Shown here one piece after another: positions 49,250-59,155 of a DNA stretch of 64,000 bases. Under the pieces are notes generated by a model that saw nothing but the letters and a program-made list of their open reading frames with translations, made no database searches and was not told where the DNA came from. Source of the DNA: Candidatus Bathyarchaeota archaeon (GTDB lineage Archaea; Thermoproteota; Bathyarchaeia; Bathyarchaeales; Bathycorpusculaceae); the NCBI GenBank assembly GCA_963707955.1, contig OY970176.1, positions 256,001-320,000 on the forward strand, in the 5' to 3' direction. Position 1 is the stretch's first letter; each line of letters opens with the position of its first letter. The translations under genes and the position numbers were made by a program.

Positions 49250-49546
49250 TTGGAAGTCTACATGAACCTGAAGAAAATCGGCAGAAACGTGCTTCTCTGC
49301 ATGTGTGACATTGAGGTTCTTGGAAGAACTTTGCGCGAAGGAAAGATAGTTTTCTGCGTTAAGGAAGACTTCTACAAGGGCGCCCGAGTACCTGTTGAAG
49401 AGGCAGTCTGTTTGATTGAAACGTCTACAATAGTTAACATGGTGGGCAAGAACATCGTGAAGAAAGCAATAGAAAGAGGCTTCGTTCACCCAGAGGCAGT
49501 ATTGAACATAGAAGGCGTGCCACACGCTCAAATCGTAAAACTCTAA
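49250..49546 (+). CDS. DUF424 protein
   Basis: MCD..LG, FYKG, NMVG, VPHAQ. Confidence 0.9.
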   Translation: MEVYMNLKKIGRNVLLCMCDIEVLGRTLREGKIVFCVKEDFYKGARVPVEEAVCLIETSTIVNMVGKNIVKKAIERGFVHPEAVLNIEGVPHAQIVKL

Positions 49547-49695
49547 GGACAAAAAGAGACTCTTGCTTGCTCCTTCTCTCGACCATTTTGGAGGTGCCGA
49601 AAGTCGGAGACAAACTTTCAAAGGAAGGGGCTAATAGCGCGCGCTTTTCTTCCAGCCAAACGTCTGCTATTCTTTTCCTGGTGTTTTTATGACCG

Positions 49696-50169
49696 TCACT
49701 TTGTCGCTAAGGCGCGCGTGCTCACCGAGTCTCCAAGAGTCTCGTATAGTCTTCTTATGTCTGCATATTTGAATGGCGGTAACTCGTCATGATCAGTCAG
49801 ATATTCCCGGAGCAAATCGTGTTCAAGGTTCGTGGGTTCGCTGCATGGACACCAAGCAACTTCCATGGCGTATTTCTTCAAGAAGCTATTAAGTCGCTGA
49901 TTTGTCCATTGTGTAGGACCAGGATGAAAATACTGCATAAGCCTCTGTCTTAACCCACCTTTCGAAGTCGTGCTTCCTATGTAAAGTATGTCTGACTTAC
50001 CCTGCAAGCGACCAATGAGCTGGCCCTTAGCTTGGCGTATCACGTAAACACCTGTGGTCGAAGGCGCCTCTTGCACGCTTCGATTAGTAAAGAAATGCCA
50101 GCGCTCAAACTCCTTCCTGATCCGGCCCAACCCAATCGAATCCATGATTTCCTCCATGACTGATTTCAT
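49696..50169 (-). CDS. GIY-YIG-like nuclease domain protein
   Basis: GVYVI...LYIGS...LRQRL..Y...E..L..ELPP. Confidence 0.7.
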   Translation of the reverse strand: MKSVMEEIMDSIGLGRIRKEFERWHFFTNRSVQEAPSTTGVYVIRQAKGQLIGRLQGKSDILYIGSTTSKGGLRQRLMQYFHPGPTQWTNQRLNSFLKKYAMEVAWCPCSEPTNLEHDLLREYLTDHDELPPFKYADIRRLYETLGDSVSTRALATK

Positions 50170-50486
50170 TTTTAAATACCTTAAGTCTTTGCCTGAAAAA
50201 GCGCGGCCTATGACTACCCTATTCCAATATGCATTATTCAGAGTAGTATAGCGCACGTTCAAGCTCTCTTTTCAATGTTCGTAGAGAATCCCTTTCGTTT
50301 ACTCAAGGTTAACCTCGACTACAAAAGCATCAACAAAACACTCCAAAAATGGGGATGGACGGGAGACATCCCCATCCGAACGCAAGTACCTCACCCCGCC
50401 CACTATTTAGTGACCGCATAGGCTTTTCTCATCAATATTGATATAAACCAAGAGCGGTAATATCAAACAGAAAAAAGGGGAATTGG

Positions 50487-51284
50487 ATGAGCAGGCAGAG
50501 AGCTGAAGACAAGCTGACGAGGAAAGAGCAGGACTACGAGCGCGGTCAGAAGATGCTGACCAAAGACTTTTCATCTGATCGAGCGGTTATGGAAGAGGTT
50601 TTCGACAGGTCCACGCTCATGGTAATCTACGAATTCATGAACAAGGGGATCATAGATGAGATTCACGGCGTTGTCAAGGCCGGAAAGGAGTCGAGGGTCT
50701 ACTGGGGAAAGGACAAAGAAGGAAAGGAGCTGGCGATAAAGATCTACCTGGTCGTATCCTCAGAGTTCCGGAAAGGCTTATTGAAGTACATTGAGGGAGA
50801 TCCTCGTTTTCAAGGAGTGAGACATGACACCCGCTCTTTGATTTTTGCTTGGGCCCAGAAAGAGTTCAAAAACCTGGAGCTGGCCACACGAGCCAAGGTA
50901 AGGGTGCCGAAACCGATCGCCGTGAAGAACAATGTGCTCATCATGGAGTTCATAGGCGAAAACGGCGAAGGCGCGCCATCATTCAAAGAGAAGACACCTA
51001 AAAACCCCGCGAAAGTCTACGAGACGCTCATGACTTATCTGGAGAGGCTGTACCGCAAGGCTGAACTAGTCCATGGAGACCTGAGCGAGTACAACATAAT
51101 GACTTGGAGAGGACGAACAGTGTTGTTCGACGTGTCCCAGGCTGTTCCCCTTGTGCACCCCATGGCAAGCTATCTTCTTCGCAGAGACCTCACTAATATC
51201 AACAAGTATTTCAGCCGCTTAGGCGTTAAGGTTCCGTCCGTCGAAGAATCCTACAAGAGGGTGACTGGTCGTGGCGAGGGCTAA
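50487..51284 (+). CDS. rio1: RIO1 serine kinase
   Basis: AGKESRVY, AIKIY, MEFIG, HGDLSEYN, FDVSQ. Confidence 0.95.
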   Translation: MSRQRAEDKLTRKEQDYERGQKMLTKDFSSDRAVMEEVFDRSTLMVIYEFMNKGIIDEIHGVVKAGKESRVYWGKDKEGKELAIKIYLVVSSEFRKGLLKYIEGDPRFQGVRHDTRSLIFAWAQKEFKNLELATRAKVRVPKPIAVKNNVLIMEFIGENGEGAPSFKEKTPKNPAKVYETLMTYLERLYRKAELVHGDLSEYNIMTWRGRTVLFDVSQAVPLVHPMASYLLRRDLTNINKYFSRLGVKVPSVEESYKRVTGRGEG

Positions 51285-51852
51285 CACGTTCATAAAAATC
51301 CCCAAAGAACGCGTAGGTGCATTGATCGGCCCCCAGGGAACCATAAAAAAGAGCATTGAGGAAAAGCTCTCAGTGGAACTTCAAATTGACAGCGAAACCG
51401 GCGACGTCACCGTGGTGATGGGTGAAAACGTCACCGACCCCTCCATGCTTTTCAGGGCAAAAGACGTTATCACGGCCGTTGGAAGAGGATTTTCACCCGA
51501 GCATGCCTTTCGGCTTATTCGCGACGAAGAAGCCGTTCTGGACATTTTGGACCTGAGGACCGTTTTCGGAAAGTCTGAGGCAGACATCATCCGTGTCAAA
51601 GGAAGAATAATCGGAATGAACGGCAAGACCCGCATGATAATCGAAGAACTAACAGACACTAATATTGCTGTCTACGGGCACACAGTAGGCATAATCGGCA
51701 CGTTAGAACAGGCTCAAGTGGCAAGAGAAGCGATTGAAATGCTCATAAGGGGCGGCATGCATGCCACAGTCTACAGGTTTCTGCAGAGAAAGCGAAGACA
51801 ACTGAAGAAGAAGATGCTTGAGATCTGGAAAAAGCCGCCTGAAGAAAAATAG
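51271..51852 (+). CDS. KH-domain pre-rRNA processing protein (Pno1/Dim2-like)
   Basis: ALIGPQG, GRGFSPE, GRIIG..G. Confidence 0.92.
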   Translation: MARANTFIKIPKERVGALIGPQGTIKKSIEEKLSVELQIDSETGDVTVVMGENVTDPSMLFRAKDVITAVGRGFSPEHAFRLIRDEEAVLDILDLRTVFGKSEADIIRVKGRIIGMNGKTRMIIEELTDTNIAVYGHTVGIIGTLEQAQVAREAIEMLIRGGMHATVYRFLQRKRRQLKKKMLEIWKKPPEEK

Positions 51853-52120
51853 GAAACGCGCTGTGCCCTGAGACAAAAAGCCCAATTTCTAAATTGTTCT
51901 TGCCACAGAAACGTTGTTTCGTATACAAAAGCATCAACGCAGTTCGTTCCTTCAGACTGCTTCACCCGTGCGCGGTTCCTTCGTCCAGAAGCGGGCTCCG
52001 CACTCAAGATCACAATCATTTTGAGTTCATGGGGCCAGAGTCTTCATTGCCCGCCACGCAAAACTAAAAGTATCCCACATAAAAAGCTTATACGCATCGC
52101 ACAAGTTGCTGTGAGACCTG

Positions 52121-53104
52121 ATGCTAAGAAGGATTCGCGTCGTTCCGTTGGCTGCTGAGAGTCTCGGAGTGAGGTCTATGTGCACATACGTTGAGACGCC
52201 TGACACGCGAATTCTCTTGGATGCTGGCGTTTCACTGTGTCCAAACCGTTTCGGCCTCCCTCCTCATCCCAAAGAGTTCAAGGCAATAGTTGAGAGTCGC
52301 AGAAAAATCGCGCGGGCCGCAGAGAAGGTTCAGGTTGTCACCATAAGCCACTACCATTACGACCATCACACGCCTTCCTTCGAGGATTGGCTGGTCAACT
52401 GGACAGATGCAGGTGAGACTGCTGGGCAGATCTACGAGAACAAGACCGTTCTAGCGAAGAATCCTCGAGAACAAATCAATTACAGCCAACGGGAGAGAGC
52501 TTGGATGTTCAGCAAGACAGGCGGCAAGTATGCAGAGAAGATCGAAAATGCAGATGGCAAAACCTTCATGTTTGGCGCCACGACAGTCAAGTTCTCCGAA
52601 CCGGTTTTCCACGGACCAGAAAACTCGCAGCTAGGATGGGTGCTGATGACAACGATTACGTCTCAGGATGAGAAGTTCCTTTTTGCTCCAGACGTCCAAG
52701 GGCCAATGTCCGCCTACACGCTCCAAACTATCATCAATGAAAACCCTCAGCTGCTGATGATCGGAGGGCCACCCATCTACCTTTCTCCGTTGAAGGTTGG
52801 CGAAAATGAACTTCAAACTGGGCTCAAAAACTTGGGGGATATCGCCAGAAAAATCCCAAACGTGATCCTTGACCATCACGTTCTGCGAGACGAAAACTGG
52901 CAAGAAAACACGATTAACATACTCTACGATAGTTACAAGTCAGGGTCCACGCTCCTAACGGCAGCCGAATTCTTGGGCAAACAGAGTGTTTTGCTGGAAG
53001 CTTCAAGGAAGCGACTCTTCAACGAAAACCCGCCGTCCAAAGAGTTTGAAACCTGGATGAAAGCCAACGATGAGACCAAGAGGCACGTGAAGCCGCCCAT
53101 CTGA
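52121..53104 (+). CDS. UPF0282 MBL-fold hydrolase
   Basis: AESLGVRSM, SHYHYDH, DVQG, DHH. Confidence 0.88.
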   Translation: MLRRIRVVPLAAESLGVRSMCTYVETPDTRILLDAGVSLCPNRFGLPPHPKEFKAIVESRRKIARAAEKVQVVTISHYHYDHHTPSFEDWLVNWTDAGETAGQIYENKTVLAKNPREQINYSQRERAWMFSKTGGKYAEKIENADGKTFMFGATTVKFSEPVFHGPENSQLGWVLMTTITSQDEKFLFAPDVQGPMSAYTLQTIINENPQLLMIGGPPIYLSPLKVGENELQTGLKNLGDIARKIPNVILDHHVLRDENWQENTINILYDSYKSGSTLLTAAEFLGKQSVLLEASRKRLFNENPPSKEFETWMKANDETKRHVKPPI

Positions 53105-53826
53105 AGAGTTCGACGTTGCTGGACTTCCGTTTTCAAATGCTTTCTGAGCGTCAGCAGTGGCCATGCTGATGCCTTTGCGGGTCAGCACGCATGCTTGTTT
53201 CGAGAATGGTCAAAAATGGTCAAAATTCCGCTCACGCATTCTAGGAAAAGACTGCTTGATACAAGCTGACATAGAAACGCGTGAAATTCAAGAGTGCCCT
53301 CAAAGCCCAAAAGAAGAATAAAAACCATTTTTAGCCAATTAAGGAACAACCATGCGCGCCACCTTAGGCCCCTTTTTAATGGCGGAACCACTGTCACCTG
53401 TCGTCTAGCTTGTCTCTTCAAATATTTCGAGTACCTTCTATGGTAAGGCAAGTCTGAATCACCAAAAGAAAAATCAGTTATGGATGCGCCTTAGAAATCT
53501 TGGGATGCGCCATGCATGCAAAAAGAACATTTTCACTCAGATCGAGGAGGGGAAAGGATTACGCATGACGCACCTTAAGGTTATTGTATGATACGACGCG
53601 ATATAAAAGTTACATTCATCAAAGTTTTTTTCCGTTATCTAGTGAACATACGTGTGTTCTTGGATTTTTCACATTTGAATCAAAATTGCATGGGCTTGTT
53701 TTACGAGTCGCATCCGACGATTTTTCATATGAACCCCAAATCCGATGACAACTTCACAGAACCGTTTTGCGACACCTTGATTTACTGGTTCTGAGAAACG
53801 AAGTCTCCATCCATGTGGTGAAGTCC

Positions 53827-54060
53827 ATGGGATACAGCGAGGATGGCACGAACAGGTTCTCATTCTTGTCTTTCGTGTTCAGCGTTTTGGGATTCTTCCT
53901 CATCGGCTTTTACTCAATCGGGTTGTATATTGGAGTTGGTGCGATAATCCTTTCGTTCGCGGCAGAAGACCTATTCAAAGAAAGGTCGATGTGGCAATAC
54001 CTAACGATCATCATGGCAGTGGTTGCATTCTCGGCGCGTTGGCCGGATGGAACATATTGA
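53827..54060 (+). CDS. Small membrane protein in AT-rich remnant next to tRNA-His
   Basis: Three hydrophobic segments; start uncertain. Confidence 0.45.
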   Translation: MGYSEDGTNRFSFLSFVFSVLGFFLIGFYSIGLYIGVGAIILSFAAEDLFKERSMWQYLTIIMAVVAFSARWPDGTY

Positions 54061-54196
54061 AAAGAGCAACATAGCGAGAAGATGAAAAATCGAGCCTACT
54101 TCCTTAGAAGACACACAAGCAACTGTCGATTTATCCACCGCCAAAAACGATCCTGAAAGTTCCATTTCTGACTTATGTGTCTCTCAAAAAAACGTG

Positions 54197-54273
54197 TGGG
54201 GCCGGGGCCGGGATTTGAACCCGGGCGCTAGGCTCCACAGGCCTATAGGCTACCAAGCTACCTCACCCCGGCC
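54197..54273 (-). tRNA. tRNA-His(GTG), encoded G-1 and CCA, no intron
   Basis: GGCCGGGG acceptor, TAGGC-CTGTGGA-GCCTA anticodon arm, GGTTCAAATCC T-arm, CCCCGGCC-CCA. Confidence 0.96.
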
Positions 54274-54381
54274 ACTCTTCTGCTGATTTAGGTGTCTTTT
54301 TTCGCTGCTCTTACTCATTTGCGTTTCCTCAGGAATATCAGGTTATCCTTCTAATAGACATGCTCGAGCTCAACTTAGCGC

Positions 54382-54578
54382 GCTAGCGTGTTCCCGAAGT
54401 CTTTTAGGTGGCTTGTGCTGCTCATTCTGCTCTTCAATCATATTTGGATCATATAGGATACCCGGGGGGGAGGGCGTGAGAGCGAGAGCGCCCAACCCGA
54501 ACCGTGAAAGTAACCATTCACCATCGGAGAACGCCATGCCTGCCTCTTCAACGGGATTAGGGAACAGGCAAGCGCGCG
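54382..54578. repeat. Dispersed repeat copy 2
   Basis: See 994-1186. Confidence 0.9.
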
Positions 54579-54994
54579 ATCTGCCCAATGGGCGTTCATA
54601 GCAACAAGGATCATGTGTGGAAGGCTTCTATATGGGATCAGGTGTTACGAAAATCATCGAAGTTTATAAGCAAAGCGTGAATTGTCGCGCGTGCTTCTTC
54701 TATCATGGAACTACTAACGTCAATCAACAGGCCTGACACGCTGTGTGAGCAAAAAGGGCGACGAAAAAACATTGATTGCGCAGGTCTTGCTACGCAACAT
54801 AAATTGTTTTTCGAATCGTTTGTTCGAAGGTCGGTTGATTATAAAAAGTTGACAAGAAGGTCTCAACTATTTCTATCTTCTCTAACCGTAGAATATGGAA
54901 AGGTGTAAAACCATGCGGGTTTTGTGGCGCTTTTGGCATCAGTTGAGATCCGAAGCGAAAGTGCGGGACGGATTACTATGGCAGGTTCGGTGCG

Positions 54995-55849
54995 TCATGC
55001 GTTGCCGCCAATTAGCAATGAGACTATTACTGCTATGGCGACGATGACGATCGTCTCAAGTAACGTTGTTTTCCAGTGAACTTGCGACCTTTCTGAGCGG
55101 TAGCGGACTAGAAAGACCCCAACAACAGTGGCGACCATTACCAGAGAAAGAGCAATATTGAAGGGTCTTGGCAATGTCAAGTAAGTCACGATCGGGAGAA
55201 TGCCTGCCAGAAAGGTCGTTGCGCTGCATGTTAGAGCTGCGATCAGATTGGACCTGCTTATCTCCTTGTGCAGCACGGTGAACAAGTGCTTTACGAGCAT
55301 CAATGACTTGTCTCGCTCGGCCATGTCGGCGATGTCGCTGAGGCTGTAATTCATCAAGGTCTGAAGCGTAATCATATCCGCCAGGTCTTCGGTTATTCCG
55401 CCGAGCAGGAAGCTGGAAAAGTTCGTCACGGCAACGGCCGACAAAGTTAAGGATGCAGCGAAAGCTGCTGCTCGTGTAGCCAGACCGGCAAAAAGGGCTG
55501 AAAGAATAACGACCAGCGCCGTGATTGAACCGTCGACCAATCCTGCCACGACTTCAAGAATCGGCTCCTTTCTCAAGAGCAACCTTGCCCATTCTCTGCC
55601 CAGTTTTGCGCCTTGCTCAGTGAGTTGCACCGTCTGGCCGCCGTCGCTGATGAGTCCCTCGGAAACCATTTGCCCGAGAGCATTGTCGAGGTCGCGCATT
55701 TCGATACAGGCATAGCCAGCGCAAACCCTGTCAATCTCCAGTTTCAATCTGGACTTCTCAACTGCAGCTCCATTGCGAAGATTCACGAGAACGACCACTC
55801 TTATTATGTCGAGCAATTCCTGTATCTCAAACGACAAACCAGGTGACAC
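54995..55849 (-). CDS. wHTH plus VIT1/CCC1-like membrane domain fusion
   Basis: LDNALGQMVSEGLI..VQLTEQG wing; VAGLVDG...GILPI VIT1-like. Confidence 0.6.
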   Translation of the reverse strand: MSPGLSFEIQELLDIIRVVVLVNLRNGAAVEKSRLKLEIDRVCAGYACIEMRDLDNALGQMVSEGLISDGGQTVQLTEQGAKLGREWARLLLRKEPILEVVAGLVDGSITALVVILSALFAGLATRAAAFAASLTLSAVAVTNFSSFLLGGITEDLADMITLQTLMNYSLSDIADMAERDKSLMLVKHLFTVLHKEISRSNLIAALTCSATTFLAGILPIVTYLTLPRPFNIALSLVMVATVVGVFLVRYRSERSQVHWKTTLLETIVIVAIAVIVSLLIGGNA

Positions 55850-56524
55850 CGCTCGAACGGAGAAATGACGATTGATAGCTAATAACTCTTGCGCGGGAAC
55901 TCGTCAAAAAGCAAAATGGGCAACGAACATTCTCGAACCTTAAAAGGACGAACAAAAAGGGAAGACTGCTGTCCAATACCAATGCTCTGTTAGGAAACCC
56001 ACCCTACGCTTTCATGGAAGAACACCATGATCCTAAGGCTTCTTATGACCCCTCGAACGCAGTCTAGAAAGGTTCCAGAGAGTCTCTAAGACAGAGAACA
56101 TACGAAAAAACACGAAGGCCAATATTTTTAAACAGAGGCTTCAAATTCAACATGGAAAGAGTGAAGAAATGCGCTAAAACTCTAAAATCAACCGTGGCAG
56201 ATACTGTCTGGCCGACAAGTCAGACCCGAACCAGAGACTTGAAGACTCACAAGAAAGTATTCGACATCGACTCAAATTCTCTCCTCGAAACAGAAGCTCA
56301 CCCATCTTTGGAAGGTAACACAAGAGACCAAAGTAAAGACTGGCGTGCTGGGAATACTGAGGGGCGTACAGAAAAACTCCAAGGAGACCAGAATAGACCG
56401 GAAGACGGGGCGAAGTAAGACGCGTTGCGTGCTTGATGTAGCGCACCGGTCTAGTGCAAAAAAAATGAGGAAACATGATAGAGTTTGAGTAGCTCCACGA
56501 TGCAAAATGGCTGAGCCGTGGTTG

Positions 56525-57316
56525 CTACGACCGTTCAAAAAGGTAAGTCACTACACCCTCCAAGATTCTTCGATGGACTTCTTTCTTGAGCTCCATCTTG
56601 TACGATCGAGACTTCCACGTAGGAAGTCCTCTGAGGGGGAGGTCCCCTATCCTAATTATGCCCGCCGCCTTCTTACCGTAATAGCCCGCTAAAGCGTACA
56701 GCACCGAAAGTTCCATATCAACTGAAACAACTCCTTGGCTCTGCAGCCTCGTGAGGAGCTGCTTCGTTTCTGAAAGGAAGAACGGCACTGTTGCATGAAC
56801 TCCTCCGTGGACCTCTATTCCGAGGCTTCTCACGGCCTTTTCAACCATCAGCTTCAACGTTTTCCACAGGTCTTCGTCAGCATCTGCTGGAGCTTCAGGC
56901 GGCAAGATTATCTCCAGCACCTTATCGAGTCGCATGCAAGAAGGTGGCATGTTAACGTCCCCCGTCTCCACACGTTTGCCTATTCCTCCGCCTGTCCCGA
57001 CGAACAGTATCTCCTCTACGTTTCTGCAGTGGCAGAGAACAATGGTTGAGTCCGCGAAATTTGACGCTCCTGTACCACCCTCACAGAACAAAGCCGATTT
57101 CTGATCATTCCAAACCAAGAAACCGCTCCGAACTCTCCTAAAGTCAAAGGCTTTCGAGGTCATGGTTGTTTGAAAATCTTCAAAACACTCATCAACCCTC
57201 ACAGGGCTTATCACGACGCTCGCGGGCATCGCTGCTGGGCTGAGACCAAAGCCGAACTCCGTGGCCCACTTGAGCGCGCTGCCCTTCAGCTCACCATAGG
57301 TCAAATCATTGTTCAC
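56525..57316 (-). CDS. Nucleoside phosphorylase-family protein
   Basis: GTGA, FVGTGGG, SVDME. Confidence 0.75.
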   Translation of the reverse strand: MNNDLTYGELKGSALKWATEFGFGLSPAAMPASVVISPVRVDECFEDFQTTMTSKAFDFRRVRSGFLVWNDQKSALFCEGGTGASNFADSTIVLCHCRNVEEILFVGTGGGIGKRVETGDVNMPPSCMRLDKVLEIILPPEAPADADEDLWKTLKLMVEKAVRSLGIEVHGGVHATVPFFLSETKQLLTRLQSQGVVSVDMELSVLYALAGYYGKKAAGIIRIGDLPLRGLPTWKSRSYKMELKKEVHRRILEGVVTYLFERS

Positions 57317-57707
57317 CTATAACCTGTATGATCACTGTTCTCCTTCTCGGATGAGTGTCCGTCTCCACGAAGAGCAAGGACTGCCATGTCCCGAACTCGA
57401 CGCGACCATCAATTACTGGCATCGTCCTGTCAGGCGGAAACAAAACTGACCTCAGATGTGAGTGCGCGTTGGAAGGGTGCCCATACTTCCCCTGCTTTGG
57501 AACCAGCTTCTCCAGAAGCATCTTAATGTCCTCTAACAGGCCGTACTCGTTCTCGGTCAAGACCAGCACACCCGTCGCATGCGGCGCGAACACGTGTACC
57601 AAACCTTCCTTGACGCCAGACTTGGCAACGGTTTCCCCGACCTCGTCTGTCAAGTCGATAAACTCTATCTCGCCCTTCGTAGAAAAGCTGTAAGTTGTGC
57701 TAAACAC
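57306..57707 (-). CDS. yjbQ: YjbQ/UPF0047 protein
   Basis: HATG..TENE, H..NAHSHLRS, GTWQ. Confidence 0.9.
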   Translation of the reverse strand: MFSTTYSFSTKGEIEFIDLTDEVGETVAKSGVKEGLVHVFAPHATGVLVLTENEYGLLEDIKMLLEKLVPKQGKYGHPSNAHSHLRSVLFPPDRTMPVIDGRVEFGTWQSLLFVETDTHPRRRTVIIQVIGEQ

Positions 57708-57729
57708 TTTGCATCCCGGCACGAGCCTC

Positions 57730-58278
57730 TCACTCCAACAGCTTTGCCATCGCTATCTCGTCTATGTACTTCCTTTCCTTGAAATGCTTTTTTGGAACCC
57801 GGCCAGTCTGCACAAACCCAACCTTCTCATAAACGTGAATTGCACGCTTATTGGTCGCAAAGACAGAGAGTACCAGAACCTTCAAACCGATCCTTTGGGC
57901 TTCCTTCACAATAGCCCGCATGACCCGCGTTCCAATGCCCAAATCCCTGAAACCGCTCTTGACAGCTATGCCAACCGCACTGGCACGCTTCTCGGAGCCT
58001 CTACCCACGTGGAGGTCAGAAGACGCAACAACCTTTCCATCCACCTCTGCAACCAAGAAAAAGATCTGACCCTTTTCCAGACGAAGAAGCACGCCGGAAA
58101 GCCACTCAGCCTCTTGCTCTCTTGACAGCTTCTCGTCCACAATTACCTCAGCCTTCTCCTCCACAAGCGAGTTAATGAGTTCCAACAAGTCGTCCAGGTC
58201 TTCCCACTTTGGAGTTCTCAAGACAACCCTGCGCCCGTCTTTAGCAGAGAAAGTCTCGAGGATTTTGCCCGACTTCAT
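57730..58278 (-). CDS. GNAT acetyltransferase
   Basis: FRDLGIG, NKRAIHVYEKVGF. Confidence 0.9.
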   Translation of the reverse strand: MKSGKILETFSAKDGRRVVLRTPKWEDLDDLLELINSLVEEKAEVIVDEKLSREQEAEWLSGVLLRLEKGQIFFLVAEVDGKVVASSDLHVGRGSEKRASAVGIAVKSGFRDLGIGTRVMRAIVKEAQRIGLKVLVLSVFATNKRAIHVYEKVGFVQTGRVPKKHFKERKYIDEIAMAKLLE

Positions 58279-58332
58279 AAGCCAAGCTAAGGCAGCACAA
58301 CTTTAATACCTTTTCAAACCGCTCGCTCTAAA

Positions 58333-58965
58333 TAGCCCCGAGACGAAGTGACCGGGGTGATGCTTTCGTATACACGGCCTTGCGCGTCGCGGAAAGCTGG
58401 GGGCTTTGGTGACATGTTAAAAACCCCTGCAATACTGTGGTCACTGAGGCCACCAGCAAGTAATCTAGATATGTTAAGCAAGCCAGAATTTCGCACTCTT
58501 GGCCTACAGTCGACAGTACAAACATGTGCACTCATGGGGGAGACGCCAGAATTTGGCTTCATTAGTTCTCAAATCCGCCCCGCAGAAGTTGGTGAAAACC
58601 CCTGAATCTGCCTCGGTGTAGGGATGCTGGCGTAGACAATAGCATCGCCAAGAGTCAGTTCGGAGCATCGGCTAACACACTGCCGGGTGCCTGGTCAAAA
58701 GAGCTGGTTCTGCCCTAGAAGGCGGTAGCCGATGGGCCAGGTTTGTGCGCAGGACACATGTGAGAACGATTTGGGTTCACAAGGCACTATCTCACAGTAC
58801 ACATTAGGCAAACAGCACGTGCAGTATTTGGAGTTGTATGAGTATTGGTCAGGTCTCCTAACGGTTTAGCTCTAAGTCATTGGAAAGGGTCGAAGTAGTT
58901 ACGAAGGTCTAGGCTGCTGGGTTCGCATGGAGATTTTCGTCGGTTCTTCTATGAGGCCCCGACCA
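58333..58965 (+). ncRNA. Candidate ~630-nt structured RNA of unknown family
   Basis: TTTAATA box at 58302; no credible ORF; many nested helices with G-U pairs on the plus strand; ends ...CCCCGACCA next to an integrase. Confidence 0.5.
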
Positions 58966-59155
58966 TCCACGTTATGAACCTATCCCTCAGATTTAAGGTT
59001 CTTTCGCCAAAACAAGCCTATTTCATAAAGTCGGTTTTGAGTGGTTTTTGACCATTCACTTCGAGAAAAAGCATGGTATGTTTCGAAGAAAGTCCATGAA
59101 AGCGAAGGTTTTTCGAAGTTTGATGGTCTTTTTCCATGAAAACTACTTCGAAACG

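Noticed and set aside
55850-56520. Short ORFs 56152-56418, 56174-56476 and 56272-56538
   Set aside because: No recognisable motifs and mutually overlapping; none can be supported as a gene
58333-58600. Fragments resembling tRNA-Gln(TTG) (AGCCCCG, TCGTATA, GGGGCTTTGG, ACCCC, AATCCGCCC) as a multi-intron tRNA
   Set aside because: No valid bulge-helix-bulge motifs could be built, and the T-arm and acceptor 3' pieces are not colinear
58380-58963. Group II intron (TTGCG start, CGTCGGTTC, CCCGAC end), RNase P, SRP or tmRNA identity for the structured region
   Set aside because: No AGC/CGC triad or GNRA-capped domain V, no P4 complement, no SRP helix 8 motif, no T-arm or G3-U70
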